Below are positions 25,859-34,450 of a stretch of 64,000 bases of DNA, in pieces. Every line of letters begins with the position of its first letter. Within the stretch, counting starts at the first letter, position 1. The stretch lies in the NCBI GenBank assembly GCA_027451965.1, contig DAIDHJ010000001.1:87639-151638 (forward strand), in the 5' to 3' direction. Position numbers and translations under genes: made by a program. The stretch comes from Candidatus Adlerbacteria bacterium (GTDB lineage: Bacteria; Patescibacteriota; Minisyncoccia; Phycocordibacterales; SBAW01). The notes under the pieces are model-generated. The model saw only the letters and a program-made list of their open reading frames with translations. It was not told where the DNA came from and made no database searches.

Positions 25859-28197
25859 AATTTGTGCATATCTCCCCAATTCTTTCCTTTCTTCCCTTCC
25901 GCAAGGAACGGTATGTTGCGACGCTCTGCTGCCGGTAACACCTCTTCCATAATCTCCTTGATCGCCTTGGCACATCTATCCACTTGATCATCTGGCACTT
26001 CATAGACCAGTTCGTCATGCACCTGCAACAGCAAGTGCACCTGCGTATCGAGCTCATGCTCCTGCAACCACGCGGCAATGCGCACCATCGCAAGCTTGAT
26101 GATATCCGCTTGTGTTCCTTGTAGCGGCGCATTGATCGCCATGCGTTCCGCGCTGGCACGGATATAGGGGATGGCGGAATGAATACCCTCAAAGTAGCGA
26201 CGGCGGCCGAAATAGGTCGTCGTATACCCGTACTTTGCGGCATGCGCTTTCACGTCTTCTATATATGCCGCCAGTTGCGGAAATGCGGCGAAGTATTCGT
26301 TATAAAATTCCTGCGCTTCTATCCGGCTCGTACCCAGTGCTTCCCGCAAGCTGGTAACGCCCATGCCATAGAGAATGCCGAAGTTGATAATCTTGGCACG
26401 GCGACGCTGTTCGTACGTCACTGCCGAAGGGTCCACGCCAAATACTTTTGCCGCTACTTCCGCATGGACATCACGGCCATGTACAAAAATATCGGTCAGT
26501 CCTTCATCTCCGGAAAGAAACGCGGCGATGCGCAATTCAATCTGCGAATAATCGAATGACACGAGATGCATACCCGTATCAGCAATAAACGCGTAGCGAA
26601 TCGCGCGACCAAGTTCTGTTTTGATAGGAATATTTTGGAGATTGGGATTTTGTGACGCGAGGCGTCCGGTGGTAGTACCCGTCTGAATAAAAGAGGTATG
26701 CAGCCGGTCATGCGCATCCAACAATGTAGGGATGTTATCGATATACGTCGACAGGAGTTTTTGGAGTTCACGATATGCCAAAATATCAGGCACGATTGGG
26801 TGCAGTTCACGCAATTTTTCAAGTTCTGATTCTCGTGTGGAGCGCGCGCCGCTGCTGGTCTTCTTCTGATTCTTTACGGAGAGTCCTAGCGTATCGAACA
26901 GTATCTCGCCAAGCTGTTTTGGAGAATTGATATTAAATGTTTTTCCCGCTGCGACGTATATGCGCTCAGCAATCGTATCCAGCTCTTTGTGGTACTGCTC
27001 GGACAATGTTTTGAGAAATGCGCGATCGATCTTTATTCCCCGCTCATGCATTTCCTCGAGGATAGGTATGAGCGGCAGTTCTATCTGCTGGTACACCACC
27101 TCCAGATGGTTCTCCTTGATCTGCTCTTCAAGGTGCTCTAGCGCAGTTGCGAATACTTTTGATTTTCCTGCGCGATAAATATCTTCAAGGTTCGGTGTGG
27201 TCACGCTGGAATCAAGCACCCATACGGCGAGCGCCGCTTTTTCAAATGCCTCCTTCGGAATCCCTGTCTCCTCTTCTTCCTGCTCCATGGGCGGTGCACC
27301 GAACAATTCTCGCACGCGCGGAATGAGGGAACGGAAATCGAACTCTGCCAGCATATCGAGCACTCGGGTTACATCTGCCGCCTCCTTCCATGTTTTTGCA
27401 GGAAGTGAGAATGCAATGGGTACATCGGTATGAATCTGGGCAAGTTCTTTCGACAGCCGGGCCATATGCTCTCCCTCGCGCAGCTTTTCGAGTATTCCGG
27501 GCTTAACCTTGAGCATTTCCGGATCCTTTTTCAGGAGTTCGTACACCCTTTCAAGCGTGCCGTGTTCTGCGATAAGTGCGGTGGCAGTTTTATCTCCGAT
27601 CCCTTTCACTCCCGGAATGTTATCTGAAGGATCGCCACGCAGTCCTTTGTAGTCCGGCACAAACTCTGGTTTGAATCCATATCGCGCCACTACCGCATCT
27701 TCGTCATACAAGACCGTCTCTGAAAGTCCTTTACGCGGGGTAAATACCTGCACGTGGGTACCCTCTACGAGTTGCATCGTGTCCATGTCTCCGGATGCAA
27801 TGATGACTGATACCGTTTTATCTTTTTTGAGTTTCTCGACAATAGTGCCGATGACATCATCCGCCTCGAACTCTTCTTTTTCGTACCAAGGAATACCGAG
27901 TGCGGCGAGCACATCGCGTGAGCGGATAAGTTGCGACACGAGCGCATCTTCTGTTTTCGGTCTTCCCGCTTTGTACCCCTCATACACCAGATGTCGATAG
28001 GTCGGCTTCGGAAGATCGTATGCCGCAACCACATAGTCCGGCTTGAGATCAGTAATGATTTTCACCAGCATGGAAATGAGCCCGTAGAGCGCTCCCGTGG
28101 GCTCACCTTTGGAGGAGGAGAAGTCAGGGAGCGCGTGGTATGCTCGATGCAAAATGGCATGCATATCAAGCAGAACGAGCTTCTTAGGAGTTGCCAT
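25855..28197 (-). CDS. polA: DNA polymerase I (5'-3' exonuclease, degenerate 3'-5' exo, polymerase domains)
   Basis: N-terminal LVLLDMHAILHRAYHAL...GFKPEFVPDYKGLRGDPSDNIPGVKGIGDKTA (5' nuclease). Pol motifs ...DYSQIELR..., RRRAKIINFGILYGM, VHDELVYE. Confidence 0.9.
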   Translation of the reverse strand: MATPKKLVLLDMHAILHRAYHALPDFSSSKGEPTGALYGLISMLVKIITDLKPDYVVAAYDLPKPTYRHLVYEGYKAGRPKTEDALVSQLIRSRDVLAALGIPWYEKEEFEADDVIGTIVEKLKKDKTVSVIIASGDMDTMQLVEGTHVQVFTPRKGLSETVLYDEDAVVARYGFKPEFVPDYKGLRGDPSDNIPGVKGIGDKTATALIAEHGTLERVYELLKKDPEMLKVKPGILEKLREGEHMARLSKELAQIHTDVPIAFSLPAKTWKEAADVTRVLDMLAEFDFRSLIPRVRELFGAPPMEQEEEETGIPKEAFEKAALAVWVLDSSVTTPNLEDIYRAGKSKVFATALEHLEEQIKENHLEVVYQQIELPLIPILEEMHERGIKIDRAFLKTLSEQYHKELDTIAERIYVAAGKTFNINSPKQLGEILFDTLGLSVKNQKKTSSGARSTRESELEKLRELHPIVPDILAYRELQKLLSTYIDNIPTLLDAHDRLHTSFIQTGTTTGRLASQNPNLQNIPIKTELGRAIRYAFIADTGMHLVSFDYSQIELRIAAFLSGDEGLTDIFVHGRDVHAEVAAKVFGVDPSAVTYEQRRRAKIINFGILYGMGVTSLREALGTSRIEAQEFYNEYFAAFPQLAAYIEDVKAHAAKYGYTTTYFGRRRYFEGIHSAIPYIRASAERMAINAPLQGTQADIIKLAMVRIAAWLQEHELDTQVHLLLQVHDELVYEVPDDQVDRCAKAIKEIMEEVLPAAERRNIPFLAEGKKGKNWGDMHKL

Positions 28198-28312
28198 ATA
28201 TAAGAGTATGGTAGCACACCGACCACGCACGATACTTGACAATAAAATTAATTCATGGTACCTTTAGATTAATTGAGTTACTGTGTAACTCAGTACCTGT
28301 AAGGAGGTACCT

Positions 28313-28489
28313 GTGAAAAAGTTCTTTCAGAAAGCTTGGGTGCAACTGCTCGTACTGGTCATCATCAGCATAATCGCCGGATTTTCGGTAACATTCCCCC
28401 CTGAACATAACCCCCCTTATCATCCTTGCGGATTCCGCAACGGAGTTATGGTGCAGTATCATCCCAACGCAACATGTCCGCCACAATGA
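28313..28489 (+). CDS. small hydrophobic Cys/His/Pro-containing protein (58 aa), GTG start
   Basis: Perfect SD AAGGAGG lies 5 nt upstream of GTG. Product MKKFFQKAWVQLLVLVIISIIAGFSVTFPPEHNPPYHPCGFRNGVMVQYHPNATCPPQ: one TM plus a C/H-rich tail. Followed directly by a strong terminator. Confidence 0.45.
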   Translation: MKKFFQKAWVQLLVLVIISIIAGFSVTFPPEHNPPYHPCGFRNGVMVQYHPNATCPPQ

Positions 28490-28524
28490 GTAAAAGCGTC
28501 GTGAGAGTATCACGACGCTTTTTG
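28490..28524. terminator. bidirectional rho-independent terminator (small ORF / tsaE)
   Basis: aaaagcgtcgtga-gagta-tcacgacgcttttt. Confidence 0.65.
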
Positions 28525-28956
28525 TATTTCTATCATACGCACTGTTTCCTCTCCTTGGATGTGTGCCAACTGTATCTCAACGTCAGGGCGCGGCAACATC
28601 CCAACAAGCCGCTCCGGCCATTCAATACATACCAACACGGACGGATCAGATAAAAACGACTGCGGGTTGAGCGCAGAAAACTCTTCTGGGGTATCGAGTC
28701 GATACGCATCAATATGGACCAAAGTACGAAACTGATGAAACGTGATCGGATATGACTTCATGAGTACGTAGGTAGGGCTTTGTACTGCACTAGAAACACC
28801 TAGCGTGCGGGCAAGCGCTTGCACGAAGGTAGTTTTTCCCGCACCTAGATTTCCTTGAAGGGTAAGTATAGTCGCTGCTGTTTTGTGTTGTGAAACACAA
28901 TGCACAAGCACTTCACTGACCAATCGATCCATATCGGAGAGCGTGATGCGCTGCAT
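28510..28956 (-). CDS. tsaE: tRNA threonylcarbamoyladenosine biosynthesis ATPase TsaE (YjeE)
   Basis: LQGNLGAGKTTFVQALARTLGV...SPTYVLMKSY...HIDAYRL (P-loop plus TsaE signature). Start at MQRITL. Confidence 0.8.
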   Translation of the reverse strand: MQRITLSDMDRLVSEVLVHCVSQHKTAATILTLQGNLGAGKTTFVQALARTLGVSSAVQSPTYVLMKSYPITFHQFRTLVHIDAYRLDTPEEFSALNPQSFLSDPSVLVCIEWPERLVGMLPRPDVEIQLAHIQGEETVRMIEIQKAS

Positions 28957-28993
28957 AACAATCAGTGTAGCAAAAGCGTTGTAGAATAGAACA

Positions 28994-30676
28994 ATGCCGG
29001 TCTTTGCTGATGAAGAAAAAGAGAAGCGCATCGAATTTTTGCGCAAACAGGAAGAAGAGGAGGTGGTACAGATACTTTCCCATAAATATGGCGTCGAGTA
29101 CGTCGATCTTTCCCTCATCGCCATCAACAATGACGCGCTCCGATTGCTCACGGAGGCCGAATCGCGGGATGCGCAGGTTGCCGTGTTCGCACGGGTCGGC
29201 AAACGGGTGAGTCTCGCAGTGCGATCCCCCGAACATCCCAAAACAAAACTGATCATGCAAAAACTCACCGAACTGGGCTACACCACGGTGGTATTCATGG
29301 CATCCGAAGCAAGCCTCAAGCGCGCTTATGATCGCTATGCGGAACTTTCCTATGCCACTGAAAGCAAGGCTGGAGTGTTCGAAATTTCTCCGCAAGAGAT
29401 CGAGGAACTGCTCAGCAAAGTGCAGAACTTGCCCGACATTGAAGCTCTGATCACTGAAACGGTAAGCATACAAAAAACATATCGCATCACCCGTATCTTG
29501 GAAGTGATATTGGCAGGAGCGCTCGCCACTGATGCTTCGGATATTCACTTTGAACCGGAAGAAACGGAGGTGCGTTTGCGCTACCGTCTTGATGGTGTGC
29601 TCGTCGATATTCTTACCTTTGATCAAGATACGTACCGTCTCGCCCTATCGCGTCTCAAACTGCTGTCTGGACTCAAACTCAACATTACCAACGAAGCACA
29701 GGACGGCCGTTTCAGCATCAAAGTGAAAGGACAGGAAATTGAAATTCGCAGTTCTGTTCTCCCAGGCAATTATGGAGAGACTATGGTGCTGCGTATTCTC
29801 AACCCAGACTCCATCAGCGTGCCGCTCGAACAGCTCGGCATGCATGAGAAGCTACGCGCACTTATTGAAAAGGAGATTGAGCGTCCCAACGGCATGATTC
29901 TTACTACCGGACCGACCGGCAGCGGCAAGACAACCACCTTGTATGCTTTTTTGCGCAAGGTGAACAAACCAGGAACCAAGGTCATCACCATCGAAGATCC
30001 GGTCGAGTATCACTTGCAAGGTATCGTACAAACTCAGGTTGATAAGAAGAGTTATTCGTTTGCAGAAGGGTTACGCTCCATTTTGCGGCAGGACCCAGAT
30101 ATCATCATGGTCGGTGAAATCCGCGATGAGGAAGTGGCAGCGACAGCGATTAATGCCGCACTTACCGGACATCTCGTATTCTCGACGCTCCATACCAATG
30201 ATGCAGCCGGGTCTTTTCCGCGCCTCATTGATTTGGGCGTATCAGAGAAAGTACTAAGTTCCGCAGTCAACGTGTCCATGGCGCAGCGCTTGGTGCGCAA
30301 GCTCTGCACTGCCTGTAAAAAAGGACGGGCTGCAACGCCTGAAGAACAAGTCACCATCAAACGGATACTCGGAAGCGTCGTTGATACCGCTCTGGTTCCC
30401 CCGCAGATAACGACGGTATGGGATGCAAATCCGGATGGATGCAGTGCATGCCATAACCGAGGATACAAGGGTCGTATCGGCATCTTTGAAGCGATCTACA
30501 TGGATCAAATGATCGAAGAGGTTTTGCGCACAAAGCCAAGCGAACGAGAAGTAGCGAATGCGGCAAAGCCGCAGGGAATCCCGACCATGGTGCAGGACGG
30601 TATTATGAAAGTAGTGACCGGCGTGACATCGCTGGAGGAATTGCGGCGCGTGGTAGACATCGACGCCACTGTTTAG
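28994..30676 (+). CDS. pilB: type IV pilus / type II secretion assembly ATPase (PilB/GspE family)
   Basis: N-terminal GSPII_E N-domain. Walker A TTGPTGSGKTTTLYA, Asp box, Walker B IIMVGEIRD, His box, tetracysteine CTACKK...CSACHNRGYKGR. Confidence 0.85.
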   Translation: MPVFADEEKEKRIEFLRKQEEEEVVQILSHKYGVEYVDLSLIAINNDALRLLTEAESRDAQVAVFARVGKRVSLAVRSPEHPKTKLIMQKLTELGYTTVVFMASEASLKRAYDRYAELSYATESKAGVFEISPQEIEELLSKVQNLPDIEALITETVSIQKTYRITRILEVILAGALATDASDIHFEPEETEVRLRYRLDGVLVDILTFDQDTYRLALSRLKLLSGLKLNITNEAQDGRFSIKVKGQEIEIRSSVLPGNYGETMVLRILNPDSISVPLEQLGMHEKLRALIEKEIERPNGMILTTGPTGSGKTTTLYAFLRKVNKPGTKVITIEDPVEYHLQGIVQTQVDKKSYSFAEGLRSILRQDPDIIMVGEIRDEEVAATAINAALTGHLVFSTLHTNDAAGSFPRLIDLGVSEKVLSSAVNVSMAQRLVRKLCTACKKGRAATPEEQVTIKRILGSVVDTALVPPQITTVWDANPDGCSACHNRGYKGRIGIFEAIYMDQMIEEVLRTKPSEREVANAAKPQGIPTMVQDGIMKVVTGVTSLEELRRVVDIDATV

Positions 30677-30946
30677 TCAACATTGCGCCTTACTCCCTGT
30701 GCGGTAGAGTAGGCGTAGTTGGAAAGAGTACACCGCCAAGCAATGCCAATCTTCGATTAATCGAAGAAGCGGATAACAAGCCTGAGGATAGTTCTCGCAG
30801 CACTTGTATAAAAAACAAGAAGCCAGAACGTCCTTGGTAAGGATCCAGGACCCTCCCGGGCGGCATTGCTTGAAGGTGCACTCTCTCTAACTGAGAACAC
30901 TCCCCTACGGGAGTGACTGGTAAGAGCATAGCATAGTACCTATCAT

Positions 30947-31924
30947 ATGTCAAGCGAGGCCATGGCCGACAGTTTTGAGCAAAGCTTGCGTCCTTCCTCA
31001 TGGGAAGAATACGTCGGTCAGGAAAGCATCAAACGAAATTTGCATATTTTACTCTCCGCTGCAAAAGAACGCGGTACTTCTCCGGAACATGTGCTGTTTT
31101 ATGGACCTCCCGGGCTCGGTAAAACCACCCTTGCCCACCTTATTGCCCGAGAACTCGGCGCCACCGTACGCGCTACGTCAGGCCCGGCGATTGAACGAGT
31201 CGGCGATTTGGCAGCCCTGCTTTCCAATCTCACCCCGGGAGATATTTTGTTTATTGATGAGATCCACCGCCTGTCTCGAGCGATTGAAGAGGTGCTCTAT
31301 CCGGCAATGGAGTCCGGCTCACTTAACATCATTATCGGTAAAGGGCCGTCTGCACGCACTTTGGAGCTGCCGCTTCCTCCTTTCACGCTTGTTGCCGCAA
31401 CCACACGTGTTGCTGATTTGTCTGCACCGCTTCGCTCCCGCTTCTCAGGAGGCACGTTTCGTCTAGAGTTTTATTCCGAAGATGATATTGCGCGCATCAT
31501 TCGCCGCTCTGCCGCTATTCTTGGTATCGCTATTGATGCAGAAGCAGTCGCAGAAATCGCAAAACGAAGCCGTGCCACACCGCGCACGTCAAACTATCTG
31601 CTCAAGCGAGCGCGCGATTACGCACAAATCAAACGCACGCCTCTTACCAAAGAAACAGCCGCTGAAGCTCTTGGCATGCTTGAGGTAGATGCGCTTGGTC
31701 TCACGCCGCTGGATCGGAAACTGCTAGCGGTGCTCATTGAGCGTTTCGATGGAGGTCCCGCTGGCGTGAATGCGCTTGCTGCGGCACTATCTGAAGAGCC
31801 GCTTACTATTTCCGAAGTCCATGAACCATTCTTATTACAACTCGGCCTCATTGAACGCACGCCGCGCGGACGAATTGCAACACCAAAGGCATATGCTCAT
31901 TTAGGGAAACCCTCTCGCGACTAA
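30947..31924 (+). CDS. ruvB: Holliday junction DNA helicase RuvB
   Basis: [19 protein letters not shown]...[20 protein letters not shown]...LFIDEIHRL (AAA+ motifs). Confidence 0.9.
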   Translation: MSSEAMADSFEQSLRPSSWEEYVGQESIKRNLHILLSAAKERGTSPEHVLFYGPPGLGKTTLAHLIARELGATVRATSGPAIERVGDLAALLSNLTPGDILFIDEIHRLSRAIEEVLYPAMESGSLNIIIGKGPSARTLELPLPPFTLVAATTRVADLSAPLRSRFSGGTFRLEFYSEDDIARIIRRSAAILGIAIDAEAVAEIAKRSRATPRTSNYLLKRARDYAQIKRTPLTKETAAEALGMLEVDALGLTPLDRKLLAVLIERFDGGPAGVNALAAALSEEPLTISEVHEPFLLQLGLIERTPRGRIATPKAYAHLGKPSRD

Positions 31925-31951
31925 ATCGCTGTTGTAGTACACTCACTTCGT

Positions 31952-32479
31952 ATGTCAGGCCACAGCAAATGGGCAAAAGTAAAACACCAGAAAGCAGTTA
32001 CTGATGCCCGCAAAAGCAAGGTATTTTCCAAACTGGTGCGATTTATTACCGTAGAGGCAAAAAAAGCCAAAGGAGATAAAAGCGCTCCTGGACTGCGTGC
32101 GGCTATAGAAAAAGCACGTGCAGCAAATATGCCTGCAGATAATATTGAACGCGCAATCGCCAAAGCTTCCGGAACAGAAGGAGAACTAGAAAGTGTCACC
32201 TATGAATCATATGGTCCGGGGGGCGTAGCGCTTGTTATCCAAGGATATACGGACAACCGCAATCGCACAGCCCAGGAGATAAAACACCTTCTGAGCAAGC
32301 ATGGAGCGACATTAGCAACGCCCGGTGCAGCGCTATGGGCATTTACCAAAACAGAGAACGGCCTCGAAGCGGCTACACCAATAGAACTTACGGATACAGA
32401 GCTTGAATCATTGGCGCAATTGGTGGATGAGTTGGAAGAGCACGACGATGTGAACGACGTATATACCAACGCAGCGTAA
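31952..32479 (+). CDS. yebC: YebC/PmpR-family transcriptional regulator (short form, 175 aa)
   Basis: MSGHSKWAKVKHQKAVTDARKSKVFSKLVRFITVEAKKAKGD...RAAIEKARAANMPADNIERAI is the canonical YebC N-terminus. Upstream of ruvC as in many bacteria. Confidence 0.75.
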   Translation: MSGHSKWAKVKHQKAVTDARKSKVFSKLVRFITVEAKKAKGDKSAPGLRAAIEKARAANMPADNIERAIAKASGTEGELESVTYESYGPGGVALVIQGYTDNRNRTAQEIKHLLSKHGATLATPGAALWAFTKTENGLEAATPIELTDTELESLAQLVDELEEHDDVNDVYTNAA

Positions 32480-32988
32480 TGAAACCGCAGATGAACAGAC
32501 GCGTGTTGGCGTGCGATCCAGGATTTGAACGCCTTGGTATTGCAGTGCTTGAAAAACAATCCGGGAAAGAAACCGTATTGTATTCGGATTGTCTGCGCAC
32601 CTCCCCTTCCATATCATTTCCGGAACGCCTGGCGCAGCTGGGCGCAGATATAGAAACACTTATTGCCACCTGGCAGCCTTCTTGTATGGCGCTTGAAGAT
32701 ATTTTTTTTGAAAAAAATGCCAAAACAGCAATGAGCGTTGCACAGGTACGCGGCATGCTTGCATACATTGCCGCAACACACGGTATGGAGGTGGAGAGTT
32801 ATACGCCATTGCAGGTAAAAGTTGCCATCACCGGATACGGCAAAAGCTCCAAAGAGCAGGTTGGTTCCATGGTAGTGCGGCTCGTATCGCTCCCCACCCG
32901 TCAGCGCCTTGATGATGAGATGGATGCCATTGCGGTGGGCCTTACTGCCCTGGCATCTGCCAGATATCCACATACAGGAAAAGAGTGA
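32479..32988 (+). CDS. ruvC: crossover junction endodeoxyribonuclease RuvC
   Basis: RVLACDPGFERLGIAVLE... and DAIAVGLT acidic catalytic residues; 169 aa. Confidence 0.85.
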   Translation: MKPQMNRRVLACDPGFERLGIAVLEKQSGKETVLYSDCLRTSPSISFPERLAQLGADIETLIATWQPSCMALEDIFFEKNAKTAMSVAQVRGMLAYIAATHGMEVESYTPLQVKVAITGYGKSSKEQVGSMVVRLVSLPTRQRLDDEMDAIAVGLTALASARYPHTGKE

Positions 32989-33055
32989 GTTGCAAAAAGA
33001 AGAGAGTATTGGTACAACACCAGCATTAGTGGATCACTAAGTAATGCAATTAAGA

Positions 33056-33187
33056 TATGGATGAAGAATTTGATGTCCGTAGTGAACTGAACGAAGACGA
33101 AGAAGATACAGGTCTTCCGGAAGGCATAGGAGAGGACGAAGAGCTCGACGACGAAGAGCTCGACGACGAAGACGAAGAAGCGTAATA
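33056..33187 (+). CDS. very acidic 43-aa peptide (MDEEFDVRSELNEDEEDTGLPEGIGEDEELDDEELDDEDEEA)
   Basis: ATG ORF ending 2 nt before a strong terminator. Contains a 15-nt tandem repeat gaagagctcgacgac. May be non-coding. Confidence 0.3.
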
Positions 33188-33188
33188 C

Positions 33189-33220
33189 AAAAAATCCCCA
33201 TTGCATGGGGATTTTTTATT
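33189..33220. terminator. bidirectional rho-independent terminator (acidic peptide ORF / tyrS)
   Basis: aaaaaatccccat-tgca-tggggattttttatt. Confidence 0.7.
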
Positions 33221-34424
33221 TGATCAAAAAGCGTATAAAACGATGTTTGCCTATACGGTAGGTGCTCTCTATTGAAACTACCGCATGCGCATCCGTAATT
33301 TTTTCTCCTGTCTCGACGCACTGTACTGCCCCTTGTTCCACCAGCCGGGTAAATTCCGATCGAGAAGCAACAAGCCCGTGATCTTGTAGTAGTGTCGCAA
33401 GCAACGCACCAGCAGGCGCTGATACGGTAACAATATCCTCAGGTATACCCCCTTCGCTAAATGCAGTTATGAAATGTTGCTGGGCTTTTTCTGCCGCTGC
33501 TTTACTGTGATAGAGCATGGTGATTTCATATGCCAAACGCATCTTCGCTTCTTTCGGATGCCCTGTGCAAATCTGCCGTATCTCTTCCAACGGCATGCGG
33601 GTACATAGCTCAAAGTATGTGGACACCTGTGCATCCGCAATACTCATGAGTTTCCCATACATGTCCTGCGCAGCGGCAGTGAGTGGTATCGTATTCCCCC
33701 AACTAGAACTCATCTTCCTTCCGTCGAGCCCTATGAGAAGCGGTCCCATAACAATATCTTGCGCGGGCAATCCTATTTTTTCCTGCATAGTGCGTCCTGC
33801 CAACAGGTTAAATTTTTGATCAATACCCCCTACTTCTACATCAGCACGTATAGCGACGCTGTCGTACCCTTGCATGAGCGGATACAATACTTCCCGCAGA
33901 GAAACGCGTTTCCCTGCATCAAGGCGCCGTTTGATGTTTTCACGAGCAATGAAATCAGCGACAGAAAAGAGGTCCGCATGCTCGCAGATGGCACTGTACG
34001 TCAATCCTTCAAGCCATTCTGTGTTGTAATGCACTTCCGTTTGTTTGAGATCAAGCAACTTACCTATTTGTTCCACGTATGTCTTTTTATTCGTTCGGAC
34101 ATGCTCCTCAGAAAGCATGGGGCGTTCACTGTCCTTGTCGGATGTATCGCCAATAAGCGCGGTAAAATCGCCGACAATCAGCACAATTTGATGCCCTAAC
34201 TCCTGAAAATCTCGCAGTTTGAGGAGGGGGACCGCTCGGCCCAAATGAAGATCGGGAGAAGTGGGATCGACACCGAACTTAATCCGCAGCCGTTTTCCTG
34301 AGAGAAGTTTTGCACGCAATACATCCTTAACGATCGCTTCGGTAACGCCGCGAGAAAGCACTGCCTCCACTTTTTCCGGGTCAGTTACTATCCCTTTTTT
34401 GTGAAATAGCGCCATATCCACCAC
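33216..34424 (-). CDS. tyrS: tyrosyl-tRNA synthetase
   Basis: FGVDPTSPDLHLGRAVPLLKLRDFQELGHQIVLIVGDFTALIGDTS (TyrRS HIGH region), KMSSS (KMSKS variant), C-terminal S4-like domain; 402 aa. Confidence 0.8.
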   Translation of the reverse strand: MVDMALFHKKGIVTDPEKVEAVLSRGVTEAIVKDVLRAKLLSGKRLRIKFGVDPTSPDLHLGRAVPLLKLRDFQELGHQIVLIVGDFTALIGDTSDKDSERPMLSEEHVRTNKKTYVEQIGKLLDLKQTEVHYNTEWLEGLTYSAICEHADLFSVADFIARENIKRRLDAGKRVSLREVLYPLMQGYDSVAIRADVEVGGIDQKFNLLAGRTMQEKIGLPAQDIVMGPLLIGLDGRKMSSSWGNTIPLTAAAQDMYGKLMSIADAQVSTYFELCTRMPLEEIRQICTGHPKEAKMRLAYEITMLYHSKAAAEKAQQHFITAFSEGGIPEDIVTVSAPAGALLATLLQDHGLVASRSEFTRLVEQGAVQCVETGEKITDAHAVVSIESTYRIGKHRFIRFLIK

Positions 34425-34450
34425 TCTAACACAGGTGTATACTGAAGTTC

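Noticed and set aside
28253-28513. Minus-strand 86-aa ORF
   Set aside because: It competes with the plus-strand 58-aa ORF, which has a perfect SD, a GTG start and a terminator; the minus ORF has none of these.
30690-31001. Minus-strand ORF (103 aa) in the pilB-ruvB intergenic region
   Set aside because: It runs antisense into the ruvB start and has no SD or domain; the region is better explained as non-coding and structured.
32901-33206. Minus-strand 101-aa low-complexity ORF (FVFVVELFVVELFV...)
   Set aside because: It is the antisense translation of the acidic-repeat region and overlaps the ruvC 3' end; not coding.
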